Source of the DNA: Macrostomum lignano
Taxonomy: Eukaryota
Direction: 5' to 3'
Assembly (NCBI GenBank): GCA_002269645.1
Contig: NIVC01001639.1
Coordinates: forward strand, 26,481 to 90,480
Length of the DNA: 64,000 nt
In this document: positions 28,501 through 39,736 of the stretch, one piece after another
Numbering within the stretch: position 1 is the first letter of the stretch
How the letters are laid out: each line of letters starts with the position of its first letter
Notes under the pieces: model-generated
The model's input: the letters and a program-made list of their open reading frames with translations, nothing else
Databases searched by the model: none
What the model was told of the DNA's origin: nothing
Position numbers and translations under genes: made by a program

Positions 28501-31500
28501 TTTGGTCAGGCTTGTCAGGGCCTTACACGTGTTTTTAAGAGCTCAACTTGGCTGACTCTTGCGGCTTTTAATAACCGATTTTTTTTATTCTCAACTCCAG
28601 CAACGCAGCGCCGCTCGCGCCGACGCCGAAGAGGAGGACGACGACGGCAAGGCTGCGGAAGACGCCGAGACGCTCGAGCAGGTCAACGAGAACATGGCCG
28701 AGAATAACGACCGATTGGATGACAGCTTCGTGATCAGGTATGCGGTCCTGGGAGTCAGTCAGTCAGTTACGAGCTGGTTAGTTGGTTAGTTAGTTAGTTA
28801 GTTGCAAATAATTCTCCTCTCAAATTATTTGCATGGCGCAGGTTCTTCCGAGAGAAGCTGGCCTCCAAGGCGTGCCAGAATCAGGGCTTCATCTTGGACG
28901 GCTTCCCGAAGACGAAGCAGCAGGCTGAGGATCTGTTTGCGCGTGAGTTCAACAGTTCAACTGGAGCGACATTCCGTTTCATACTACTAACTTGATATTT
29001 AAGTAGCATGAGATGAGCATGATGTGAAATAGCTATATTTCAGATGATAGATGATGAAAAAGTATATTAACTGGCAGTATAAGTGGCATATCCCTGCTAC
29101 GAGCGTAACCTAGGAAACAGATGATAAATTAGAATACCAGAGATAGATTCTGCCATGGACTACTGAAGATGACACCTGGGCGGAAGAGATTTTTGCCAAT
29201 AATTAATTTACTAATTGGCCTAAAATAAAAATGTTTTCGATTAGAATAGATCAGATAAGACAGTTATACCATATTTAAAGGGCTTAAATCTAAGGAGCAA
29301 AAGTACAAACCGCATGTCGTAAGCGCGTAACGCCGCTTCTGTCCAGGATTTGAGGCAGTGGCGCCATTCTTTTTACGACTCAAACAGAGAGCAACAATTT
29401 TTATTGCCCTAACAAAGAGATCAAGCAGAACGACTTGCTTTTTTTGCACTTCCGGACTGTTCTGCTCTGAGAATTCACTGTTGCCTCAATATTGCAGGCC
29501 TCTAATCAGCAGATTAGTCTCTTTGATTTATTGGTTTAAGAGGCAGTTCGAACTTACAAAAACTTAAAATTAAGTTTACGAACTTAAAAATTGAGGATTT
29601 CTCAAAGAATTCTTGTCTACCGGTGGTTAGGCATCTTGACTGAGGAGCCGCTATAGATATCAGATCTATAGATATCAGATCTATAGGCTGAGGAGTCGCT
29701 ATAGATATCAGATCTATAGATATCAGATCTATAGACTGAGGAGTCGCTATAGATATCAGATCTATAGATATCAGATCTATAGACTGAGGAGTCGCTATAG
29801 ATATCAGATCTATAAACTGAGGAGTCGCTATAGATCTAGATCTATAGATATCAGATCTATAAACTGAGGAGTCGCTATAGATCTAGATCTATAGATATCA
29901 GATCTATAGACTGAGGAGTCGCTATAGATATCAGATCTATAAACTGAGGAGTCGCTATAGATATCAGATCTATAGATATCAGATCTATAGACTGAGGAGT
30001 CGCTATAGATATCAGATCTATAAACTGAGGAGTCGCTTTAGATCTAGATCTATAGATATCAGATCTATAAACTGAGGAGTCGCTATAGATATCAGATCTA
30101 TAAACTGAGGAGTCGCTATAGATCTAGATCTATAGATATCAGATCTATAAACTGAGGAGTCGCTATAGATCTAGATCTATAGATATCAGATCTATAGACT
30201 GAGGAGTCGCTATAGATATCAGATCTATAAACTGAGGAGCCGCTATAGATCTAGATCTATAGATATCAGATCTATAGACTGAGGAGTCGCTATAGATATC
30301 AGATCTATAAACTGAGGAGTCGCTATAGATCTAGATCTATAGATATCAGATCTATAAACTGAGGAGTCGCTATAGATCTAGATCTATAGATATCAGATCT
30401 ATAGACTGAGGAGTCGCTATAGATATCAGATCTATAAACTGAGGAGTCGCTATAGATATCAGATCTAGAGACTGAGGAGTCGCTATAGATATCAGATCTA
30501 TAAACTGAGGAGTCGCTATAGATATCAGATCTATAAACTGAGGAGTCGCTATAGATATCAGATCTATAAACTGAGGAGTCGCTATAGATATCAGATCTAT
30601 AAACTGAGGAGTCGCTATAGATATCAGATCTATAAACTGAGGAGTCGCTATAGATATCAGATCTATAAACTGAGGAGTCGCTATAGATATCAGATCTATA
30701 AACTGAGGAGCCGCTATAGATCTAGATCTATAGATATCAGATCTATAGACTGAGGAGTCGCTATAGATATCAGATCTATAAACTGAGGAGCCGCTATAGA
30801 TCTAGATCTATAGATATCAGATCTATAGACTGAGGAGTCGCTATAGATATCAGATCTATAAACTGAGGAGTCGCTATAGATCTAGATCTATAGATATCAG
30901 ATCTATAAACTGAGGAGTCGCTATAGATCTAGATCTATAGATATCAGATCTATAGACTGAGGAGTCGCTATAGATATCAGATCTATAAACTGAGGAGTTG
31001 CTATAGATATCAGATCTATAAACTGAGGAGTCGCTATAGATATCAGATCTATAAACTGAGGAGTCGCTATAGATATCAGATCTATAAACTGAGGAGTCGC
31101 TATAGATATCAGATCTATATACTGAGGAGTCGCTATAGATATCAGATCTATAGACTGAGGAGTCGCTATAGATATCAGATCTATAAACTGAGGAGTCGCT
31201 ATAGATATCAGATCTATAAACTGAGGAGTCGCTATAGATATCAGATCTATAAACTGAGGAGTCGCTATAGATATCAGATCTATAAACTGAGGAGTCGCTA
31301 TAGATATCAGATCTAGAGACTGAGGAGTCGCTATAGATATCAGATCTATATACTGAGGAGTCGCTATAGATATCAGATCTATAAACTGAGGAGTCGCTAT
31401 AGATATCAGATCTATAAACTGAGGAGTCGCTATAGATATCAGATCTATAAACTGAGGAGTCGCTATAGATATCAGATCTATAAACTGAGGGAGTCGCTAT

Positions 31501-33435
31501 AGATATCAGATCTAGAGACTGAGGAGTCGCTATAGATATCAGATCTATAAACTGAGGAGTCGCTATAGATATCAGATCTATAAACTGAGGGAGTCGCTAT
31601 AGATATCAGATCTAGAGACTGAGGAGTCGCTATAGATATCAGATCTATAAACTGAGGAGTCGCTATAGATATCAGATCTATAAACTGAGGAGTCGCTATA
31701 GATATCAGATCTATATACTGAGGAGTCGCTATAGATATCAGATCTATATACTGAGGAGTCGCTATAGATATCAGATCTATAAACTGAGGAGTCGCTATAG
31801 ATATCAGATCTATAAACTGAGGAGTCGCTATAGATATCAGATCTATATACTGAGGAGTCGCTATAGATATTAGATCTATAAACTGAGGAGTCGCTATAGA
31901 TATCAGATCTATAAACTGAGGAGTCGCTATAGATATCAGATCTAGAGACTGAGGAGTCGCTATAGATATCAGATCTAGAGACCTAGGAGTCGCTATAGAT
32001 ATCAGATCTAGAGACTGAGGAGTCGCTATAGATATCAGATCTAGAGACTGAGGAGTCACCTCCAACTCCACCAATTTCAACAGCCGATGAAGACGATGAA
32101 GAGGAAGGCGAGGACGGCGGCGGCCCCTTCAACAAGCGGCTGATGCCCGACCAGCTGTTCGTGCTGGAAGCCGGCGACGATTTCCTGAAGCGGCGAGTTA
32201 TGCAGCTCCCCGAAGCTGTGGTGGCCGGGACGCACAACACCGAGGAGGGCCTGCTTCGCCGACTGAGCGAGTACCGAGCCATCAACACCGAGGACGACTC
32301 CGTGGTGATGTACTTCGACGAGAAGGAAATTCATCCGGACGTATTCGACGTTTCCAAGGACGATTCGACGATGCACGCCGCCCTGGTTGAGCGAATCAAG
32401 AAGGCCATCGGCAAGCCGAGAAACTACGGCCTGACGCCGGAGGAGCAGGAGGAGATTCGGCGGCGGGAGGAGACCGAGCGGCTGGAGAACGAGAAGCGAG
32501 AGCGGGACGAGCGGGAGAGGCGCGAGAGGCAGGAGGCGGACGAGAGGAAGCGGTGCCAGGAGGAGTGGGTGAGTAGCGGGACTCGGTGCTCAATGGAGTG
32601 GCTGAGTAGCGGGACTCGGTGCTCAATGAAGTGGCTGAGTAGCGGGACTCGGTGCTCAATGGAGTGGCTGAGTAGCGGGACTCGGTGCTTAATGGAGTGG
32701 CTGAGTAGCGGGACTCGGTGCTCAATGGAGTGGGTGAGTAGCGGGACTCGGTGCTCAATGTAGTGGCTGAGTTGCTCGGGTTGGCCACAGACTGGTCTTC
32801 AGCCACTCCTGCATCCGCAATCAAATTAGCATAGAACAATCCTGCAGCACTACTCACTCGTGTTTCCCCTAGAAGCAGCAACGCAGCCCTGACAATTCTC
32901 AAACTCAAACAAACCACCAACAGGCTGCCAGACTTGAGGAGGTGAAGCGCGAGGAGCACGAGCTGCTGGAGATCCGCAGCGAGCCTCTGCGCAACTACCT
33001 GATGAAGCACGTGATGCCCAACCTCACCAAGGGCCTCATGGAGTGCGCCAAGGTTCGCCCAGACGACGCCATAGACTATCTGGTGAGTCAACTGGGGTAG
33101 AAAATCCCATTTGTCTCGAATAGGAGAAAATGGGGAGTCCATTTTTCCCATCGATTTTTCCCTTTCCGTCTTCTTCCCCAGCTACTGCTCTCAGGACACT
33201 TAAAGAGCATGTGTTTTGAGCGAATGGGAATTGCCACAAGGCCGCACAGTTACTCCCAATGTTCCCAGTCATATAAACTCATTCCCTCATTTCCCTCCCG
33301 AGCTCATGCAAGGCGGAAGCGCCCTGATTTATCCACTTTTTCCCTTGCCCAAAATCCGTAATCCCAAATCCAAACCAACCGTTTGCACTTTTCCAGGCCG
33401 AGTACTTGTTTAGGAACAACCCGCAAGTCGACTGA
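25555..33435 (+). CDS. AK7: Adenylate kinase 7 (axonemal), 703 aa; join(25555..25632,26062..26241,26332..26535,26609..26719,26938..27276,28201..28479,28601..28737,28842..28942,32084..32568,32924..33082,33397..33435)
   Basis: [13 protein letters not shown]-terminus, [45 protein letters not shown]-loop [20 protein letters not shown]-terminal Dpy-30 motif [37 protein letters not shown]. All 11 exons join in phase with GT-AG. Confidence 0.95.
27720..27865 (-). mobile_element. Decayed copy of a dispersed protein-coding-derived repeat (QEVLLLTLQ...RFVD...FAP), in AK7 intron 5
   Basis: Translated and nucleotide similarity to 49395-49570, 55130-55310 and 58070-58430; identity of the element unknown. 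Confidence 0.6.
29638..32057. repeat. 33-bp minisatellite CTGAGGAGTCGCTATAGATATCAGATCTATAAA with 15-bp insert variants, about 2.4 kb, AK7 intron 8; each unit is palindromic
   Basis: 33-nt period; ctatagat/atctata(g) arms in each unit. Confidence 0.97.
32560..32770 (+). repeat. 33-bp tandem repeat GAGTGG(G/C)TGAGTAGCGGGACTCGGTGCTCAATG spanning the AK7 exon 9 splice donor
   Basis: About six copies; GTGAGT retained at 32569 and 32734. Confidence 0.93.
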
Positions 33436-33924
33436 TGAAGCACTGCAGGGCCACGGAAGCTGGACGCAAATTTTTCTCTGCACTTTTTGTTGCTTCGCTC
33501 CTGACGCGAACTCCGCTGTGTTTTCTGTACTAATTTATTAACCACCAGAAATTGCCCTCCGTTGACTTGCAGCCCGGGAATTGATGGCATGCTCGTACAT
33601 TATTTATTATCTGTTGGACTTTTTCCCTCCCACTTGGGACGAGACCTGGCCCTCCTACCCTACAGCATGTAAGCCGACACTTACTGACTAAAATTAAATT
33701 ACTCCCATTCACCAACATTCTATGAATATAGTCTCCCTTTGTATCTTTGAAATAGCGTATACTATAGCGTATTGATTTAATTGAATAAATGCACAGAATA
33801 AAAATGACTTCTCTGGCTACAGACGTTTGCTACGATTTTTCGATAAACGAGACATTCTCGACAAAACAGAAATTTGCAATCAGAGGGGGAAATCAACTAA
33901 TTCAATAAATTTAATGGCAAATTG

Positions 33925-35175
33925 GTGGGGCTGGCTCTAAAGATCGTGTGTACATTGTTGGGGTTGGTCCCAAGGATCGTGTGTACATTGGTGGGGTTGG
34001 TCCCAAGGATCGTGTGTACATTGGTGGGGTTGGTCCCAAGGATCGTGTGTACATTGGTGGGGTTGGTCCCAAGGATCGTGTGTACATTGGTGGGGTTGGT
34101 CCCAAGGATCGTGTGTACATTGGTGGGGTTGGTCCCAAGGATCGTGTGTACATTTGTGGGGTTGGTCCCAAGGATCGTGTGTACATTGGTGGGGTTGGTC
34201 CCAAGGATCGTGTGTACATTTGTGGGGTTGGTCCCAAGGATCGTGTGTACATTGGTGGGGCTGGCTCTAAAGATCGTGTGTTCATTGTTGGGGTTGGTCC
34301 CAAGGATCGTGTGTACATTAGTGGGGTTGGTCCCAAGGATCGTGTGTACATTGGTGGGGTTGGTCCCAAGGAACGTGTGTACATTTGTGGGATTGGTCCC
34401 AAGGATCGTGTGTACATTGGTGGGGTTGGTCCCAAGGATCGTGTGTACATTGGTGGGGTTGGTCCCAAGGATCGTGTGTACATTGGTGGGGTTGGTCCCA
34501 AGGATCGTGTGTACATTTGTGGGGTTGGTCCCAAGGATCGTGTGTACATTGGTGGGGTTGGCTCCAAGGATCGTGTGTACATTGGTGGGGTTGGTCCCAA
34601 GGATCGTGTGTACATTGTTGGGGTTGGTCCCAAAGATCGTGTGTACATTTGTGGGGTTGGTCCCAAGGATCGTGTGTACATTGGTGGGGTTGGTCCCAAG
34701 GATCGTGTGTACATTTGTGGGGTTGGTCCCAAGGATCGTGTGTACATTGGTGGGGTTGGTCCCAAGTATTGTGTGTACATTGGTGGGGTTGGTCCCAAGG
34801 ATCTTGTGTACATTAGTGGGCTTGGTCCCAAGGATCGTGTGTACATTGGTGGGGTTGGTCCCAAGGATCGTGTGTACATTGGTGGGGTAGGTCCCAAGTA
34901 TTGTATGTACATTGGTGGGCTTGGCTCCAAGTATTGTGTGTACATTGGTGGGCTTGGTCCCAAGGATCGTGTGTACATTGGTGGGGTTGGCTCCAAGTAT
35001 CGTGTGTACATTGGTGGGCTTGGCTCCAAGTATTGTGTGTACATTGGTGGGCTTGGCTCCAAGTATTGTGTGTACATTGGTGGGCTTGGTCCCAAGGATC
35101 GTGTGTACATTGGTGGGGTTGGCTCCAAGTATTGTGTGTAAATTGGTGGGGTTGGCTCCAAGTATTGTGTGTACG
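33925..35175. repeat. 33-bp minisatellite TGGTGGGGTTGGTCCCAAGGATCGTGTGTACAT
   Basis: 33-nt period; source of the (VYIGGVGPKDR)n ORFs. Confidence 0.97.
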
Positions 35176-35987
35176 TGTGGTGTTTTACAGAGTTAAATAA
35201 ATCACGCAAGAGAATTTATTAAATATTTTTCTCTCAACACAGAATTATGTTAATATATATTTTGATAAGAACTCCAAAATTAATTAGGCGATTTTGTTGA
35301 CAGATTTATTGCACGACCCAGACAATTTCGAATTTTTAAGAGAATTACGATCAGATCCCATACAGCACTAAATACTTCCGCATGCCTCTCTCAACTGTTT
35401 AAGCTAAAAAGCAGGGGTCACAAATTAGCAAAGCTCTCTAGCAAACTGTGACTAAATATTCGGGTAAAAGCATCTGGGAAGAACGGTTTTGAAGACACGG
35501 TGAGAAAGAGAAAGATGGAGAGAGCTGGCTACGCACAATGACCACTGTTAGACTAAGCACGGAACCGATTCAAATCTAATGGGGATCATAGTCGAAGGCT
35601 TTTATAGTTAGTTAAGTTTCCGACTATTCTTAAAACCTTAAACAGATTCCCAGAGATTTGCAGTGGATCTTGGCTATACGTACATTTTGGCGCTTGACTA
35701 ATATTATGATTATTATGAATATTATGAGAATTTGATGACGCAACAGAATAAACATCAATCTTTCATTGGACGATGTAAAGGGCGCGAATAGGCGGTGCAG
35801 TTCAAGTGTGAATCTGCTACGCGATGGTCGAGAGACTGTGCAATGCACTGTTATAATTTACACAATCTATACATGCAAGAGTATGCCGTAGCTTCTAAAA
35901 AATAGCGACCGCCGAAAAGGGCTAAAAGTACAAATTAAAAAATGGCAATTATATTTGCTTATGAGTAATGAAGAGCTTGAGGCGGGT

Positions 35988-38097
35988 ATGGTCCAGTGTA
36001 CATTAGAGTTAGGTGGGATTGGCCAAATGGTCCAGTGTACATTAGAGTTAGGTGGGATTGGCCAAATGGTCCAGTGTACATTGGAGTGACGTGGGGTTGC
36101 CAAATGGTCCAGTGTACATTGGAGTGACGTGGGGTTGCCAAATGGTCCAGTGTACATTGGAGCGAAGCAGGGTTGCCAAATGGTCCAGTGTACATTGGAG
36201 CGAAGCAGGGTTGGCCAATGGTCCAGTGTACATTGGAGCAAAGCAGGGTTGGTCAATGGTCCAGTGTACATTGGAGCGAAGCAGGGTTGGTCAATGGTCC
36301 AGTGTACATTCGATTGAGGTGGGGTTGACCAATGGTCAAGTGTACATTGGCGTGAGGGTGGGTTGGTCAATGGTCAAGTATACATTGGCGTGAGGTGGGG
36401 TTGGCCAATGGTCCAGTGTACATTGGCGTGAGGTGGGGTTGGTCAATGGTCAAGTGTACATTGAAGCGAAGCAGGGTTGGCCAATGGTCCAGTGTACATT
36501 GGCGTGAGGTGGGGTTGGTCAATGGTCAAGTGTACATTGAAGTGACGTGGGGTTTCCAAATGGTCCAGTGTACATTGGAGCGAAGCAGGGTTGGCCAATG
36601 GTCCAGTTTATATTGGAGCGAAGCAGGGTTGGCCAATGGTACAGTGTACATTGGAGCGAAGCAGGGTTTGCCAATGGTCCAGTGTACATTGGAGCGAAGC
36701 AGGGTTTGCCAATGGTCCAGTGTACATTGGAGCGAAGCAGGGTTGACCAATGGTCCAGTGTACATTGGCGTGGATGGGGTTGGTCAATGGTCCAGTGTAC
36801 ATTCGATTGAGGTGGGGTTGGCCAATGGTCAAGTGTACATTGGCGTGAGGTGGGGTTGGCCAATGGTCCAGTGTACATTGGCGTGAGGTGGGGTTGGTCA
36901 ATGGTCAAGTGTACATTGAAGCGAAGCAGGGTTGGCCAATGGTCCAGTGTACATTGGCGTGAGGTGGGGTTGGTCAATGGTCAAGTGTACATTGAAGTGA
37001 CGTGGGGTTTCCAAATGGTCCAGTGTACATTGGAGCGAAGCAGGGTTGGCCAATGGTCCAGTTTATATTGGAGCGAAGCAGGGTTGGCCAATGGTACAGT
37101 GTACATTGGAGCGAAGCAGGGTTTGCCAATGGTCCAGTGTACATTGGAGCGAAGCAGGGTTTGCCAATGGTCCAGTGTACATTGGAGCGAAGCAGGGTTG
37201 ACCAATGGTCCAGTGTACATTGGCGTGGATGGGGTTGGTCAATGGTCCAGTGTACATTCGATTGAGGTGGGGTTGGCCAATGGTCAAGTGTACATTGGCG
37301 TGAGGTGGGGTTGGTCAATGGTCCAGTGTACATTGGAGTGAGGTGGGGTTGGCCAATGGTCCAGTGTACATTCGATTGAGGTGGGGTTGGCCAATGGTCA
37401 AGTGTACATTGGCGTGAGGTGGGGTTGGTCAATGGTCAAGTGTACATTGGAGTGAGGTGGGGTTGGCCAATGGTCCAGTGTACATTTGGAGTGAGGTGGG
37501 GTTGGCCAATGCTCCAGTGTACATTGGAGTGAGGTGGGGTTGGCCAATGGTCCAGTGTACATTGGAGTGAGGTGGGGTTGGTCAATGGTCCAGTGTACAT
37601 TGGAGTGAGGTGGGGTTGGCCAATGGTCCAGTGTACATTGGAGTGAGGTGGGGTTGGCCAATGGTCAAGTGTACATTGGCGTGAGGGTGGGTTGGTCAAT
37701 GGTCAAGTATACATTGGCGTGAGGTGGGGTTAGCCAATGGTCCAGTGTACATTGGAGCGAAGCAGGGTTGGTCAATGGTCCAGTGTACATTGGATTGAGT
37801 GGGGTTGGCCAATGGTCAAGTGTACATTGGCGTGAGGTGGGGTTGGTCAATGGTCAAGTGTACATTGGAGTGAGGTGGGGTTGGTCAATGGTCAAGTGTA
37901 CATTGGAGTGAGGTGGGGTTGGCCAATGATCCAGTGTTCATTGGCGTGAGGTGGGGTTGGTCAATGGTCAAGTGTACATTGGCGTGAGGTGGGGTTGGCC
38001 AATGGTCCAGTGTACATTGGCGTGAGGTGGGGTTGGTCAATGGTCAAGTGTACATTGGCGTGAGGTGGGGTTGGCCAATGGTCCAGTGTACATTGAT
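35988..38097. repeat. 38-bp minisatellite GGTCCAGTGTACATTGG(AGCGAAGCA/CGTGAGGTG)GGGTTGGCCAAT with a 455-bp higher-order duplication
   Basis: 38-nt period; near-identical ORF pairs offset by 455 nt (36395 vs 36850). Confidence 0.96.
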
Positions 38098-38759
38098 GTT
38101 GGGCTGTTCCAAAGGCAATTTTAGCACAATGCCAAACTCCCATGCCTATAATAACCAATAAAAACACGAATCAGTGTCCGGACACAACGAATAGGAAAGC
38201 ATGGAAAAGTAAAAAAAGAACTGGGAGAACAAAAACTATTTTTAAAAAAACACACACATAAGCACTGGATTAGCGCAGTCTGATGCAAATGAAAAGAAAA
38301 ATATTTCAGCCGACAAATAAATAGCATTTCTTGTCCAAGCAACTTTTTCTTACACAGAGACTGTAATATAGGAGAATGAGCAATTTGCAGCTAGTGCTGA
38401 AATTTTCAATAGTTGCGGCAGCGACAAATATAATAGTAAGGCAACAAAAAGGCGTTTGTTAAATAGAACAATTTACATGCAGACACAAGTGCTTTAGATA
38501 AGGAAAACCCATAGCCAGTTGTCAAAGGTAACGAGAATGAAATCTGTATGGGCCTGAGTAGGCGGCAATATCTGTCAGCGCTTATGGATCTGTAATTTTG
38601 CGCAACAACCTCTGTCTCGGATTGTGTTAAAATTACAGGTAAACTGTGAAGACTGGAGATTGAGATTACTTCAAGCGCTTCTGGCTACACCTCATTTAGT
38701 CATAAAAGTGCTTTGCTGCGTCTGAAAAAGAATTTGCCGCAAGAGTACGCGAAGTTTAG

Positions 38760-39585
38760 GAAAGAGAGGAGGGGAAGGGGGAGAGGCAGAGGAGAGACAG
38801 GGCGACGGGGGACAGGGAGAGAGGAAGAGGAAGAGAGGGGAAGAGAGGGGGGAGAGAGAGGGGAAGGGAGAGGGAGAGGGTAAAGGAGAGAGGGAGAGGA
38901 GAGAGGGAGGGGGAGGGAGAGGAGGAGAGAGGGAGGGAGAGGGAAAGGAGAGAGGGAGGGAGAGGGAAAGGAGAGAGGGAGGGAGAGGGAAAGGAGAGAG
39001 GGAGGGAGAGGGAAAGGAGGAGAGAGGGAGGGAGAGGGAAAGGAGGAGAGAGGGAGGGAGAGGGAAAGGAGGAGAGAGGGGGGAGAGGGAAAGGAGAGAG
39101 GGAGGGAGAGGGAAAGGAGGAGAGAGGGAGGGAGAGGGAAAGGAGGAGAGAGGGAGGGAGAGGGAAAGGAGGAGAGAGGGAGGGAGAGGGAAAGGAGGAG
39201 AGAGGGAGGGAGAGGGAAAGGAGGAGAGAGGGAGGGAGAGGGAAAGGAGGAGAGGGAGGGAGAGGAAAAGGAGGAGAGAGGGGGGAGAGGGAAAGGAGAG
39301 AGGGAGGGAGAGGGAAAGGAGAGAGGGAGGGAGAGGGAAAGGAGAGAGGGAGGGAGAGGGAAAGGAGAGAGGGAGGGAGAGGGAAAGGAGAGAGGGAGGG
39401 AGAGGGAAAGGAGAGAGGGAGGGAGAGGGAAAGGAGAGGGAGGGAGAGGGAAAGGAGAGAGGGAGGGAGAGGGAAAGGAGAGGGAGGGAGAGGGAAAGGA
39501 GAGAGGGAGGGAGAGGGAAAGGAGGAGACAGGGAGGGAGAGGGAAAGGAGGAGAGAGGGAGGGAGGGAGAGGGAAAGGAGAGAGG
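38760..39585. repeat. Polypurine (GA-rich) tract of about 0.8 kb
   Basis: Almost only G and A on the + strand. Confidence 0.95.
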
Positions 39586-39736
39586 AACACAGATGAATCG
39601 ATGACAGGAAGCAACGTGCTGTCCTCCGCTGAGAGCATCTCTGCAGTGCTAGTGAAATGTTACAGTTTGAAAATTGCGCAACTATTCGGGCGCAGCAAAG
39701 CCAAGGCTCCGCCCGCCCAGCCAGCCAGCCAGCCAG

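Noticed and set aside
29638-32057. CRISPR-like array (33-bp palindromic repeats)
   Set aside because: Units are contiguous with no unique spacers, there are no cas genes, and the array lies in a spliceosomal intron.
33911-37850. Gly/Pro-rich repetitive ORFs resembling structural or adhesive proteins
   Set aside because: They coincide exactly with the 33- and 38-bp arrays, are open on both strands, and lack a signal peptide or splice context.
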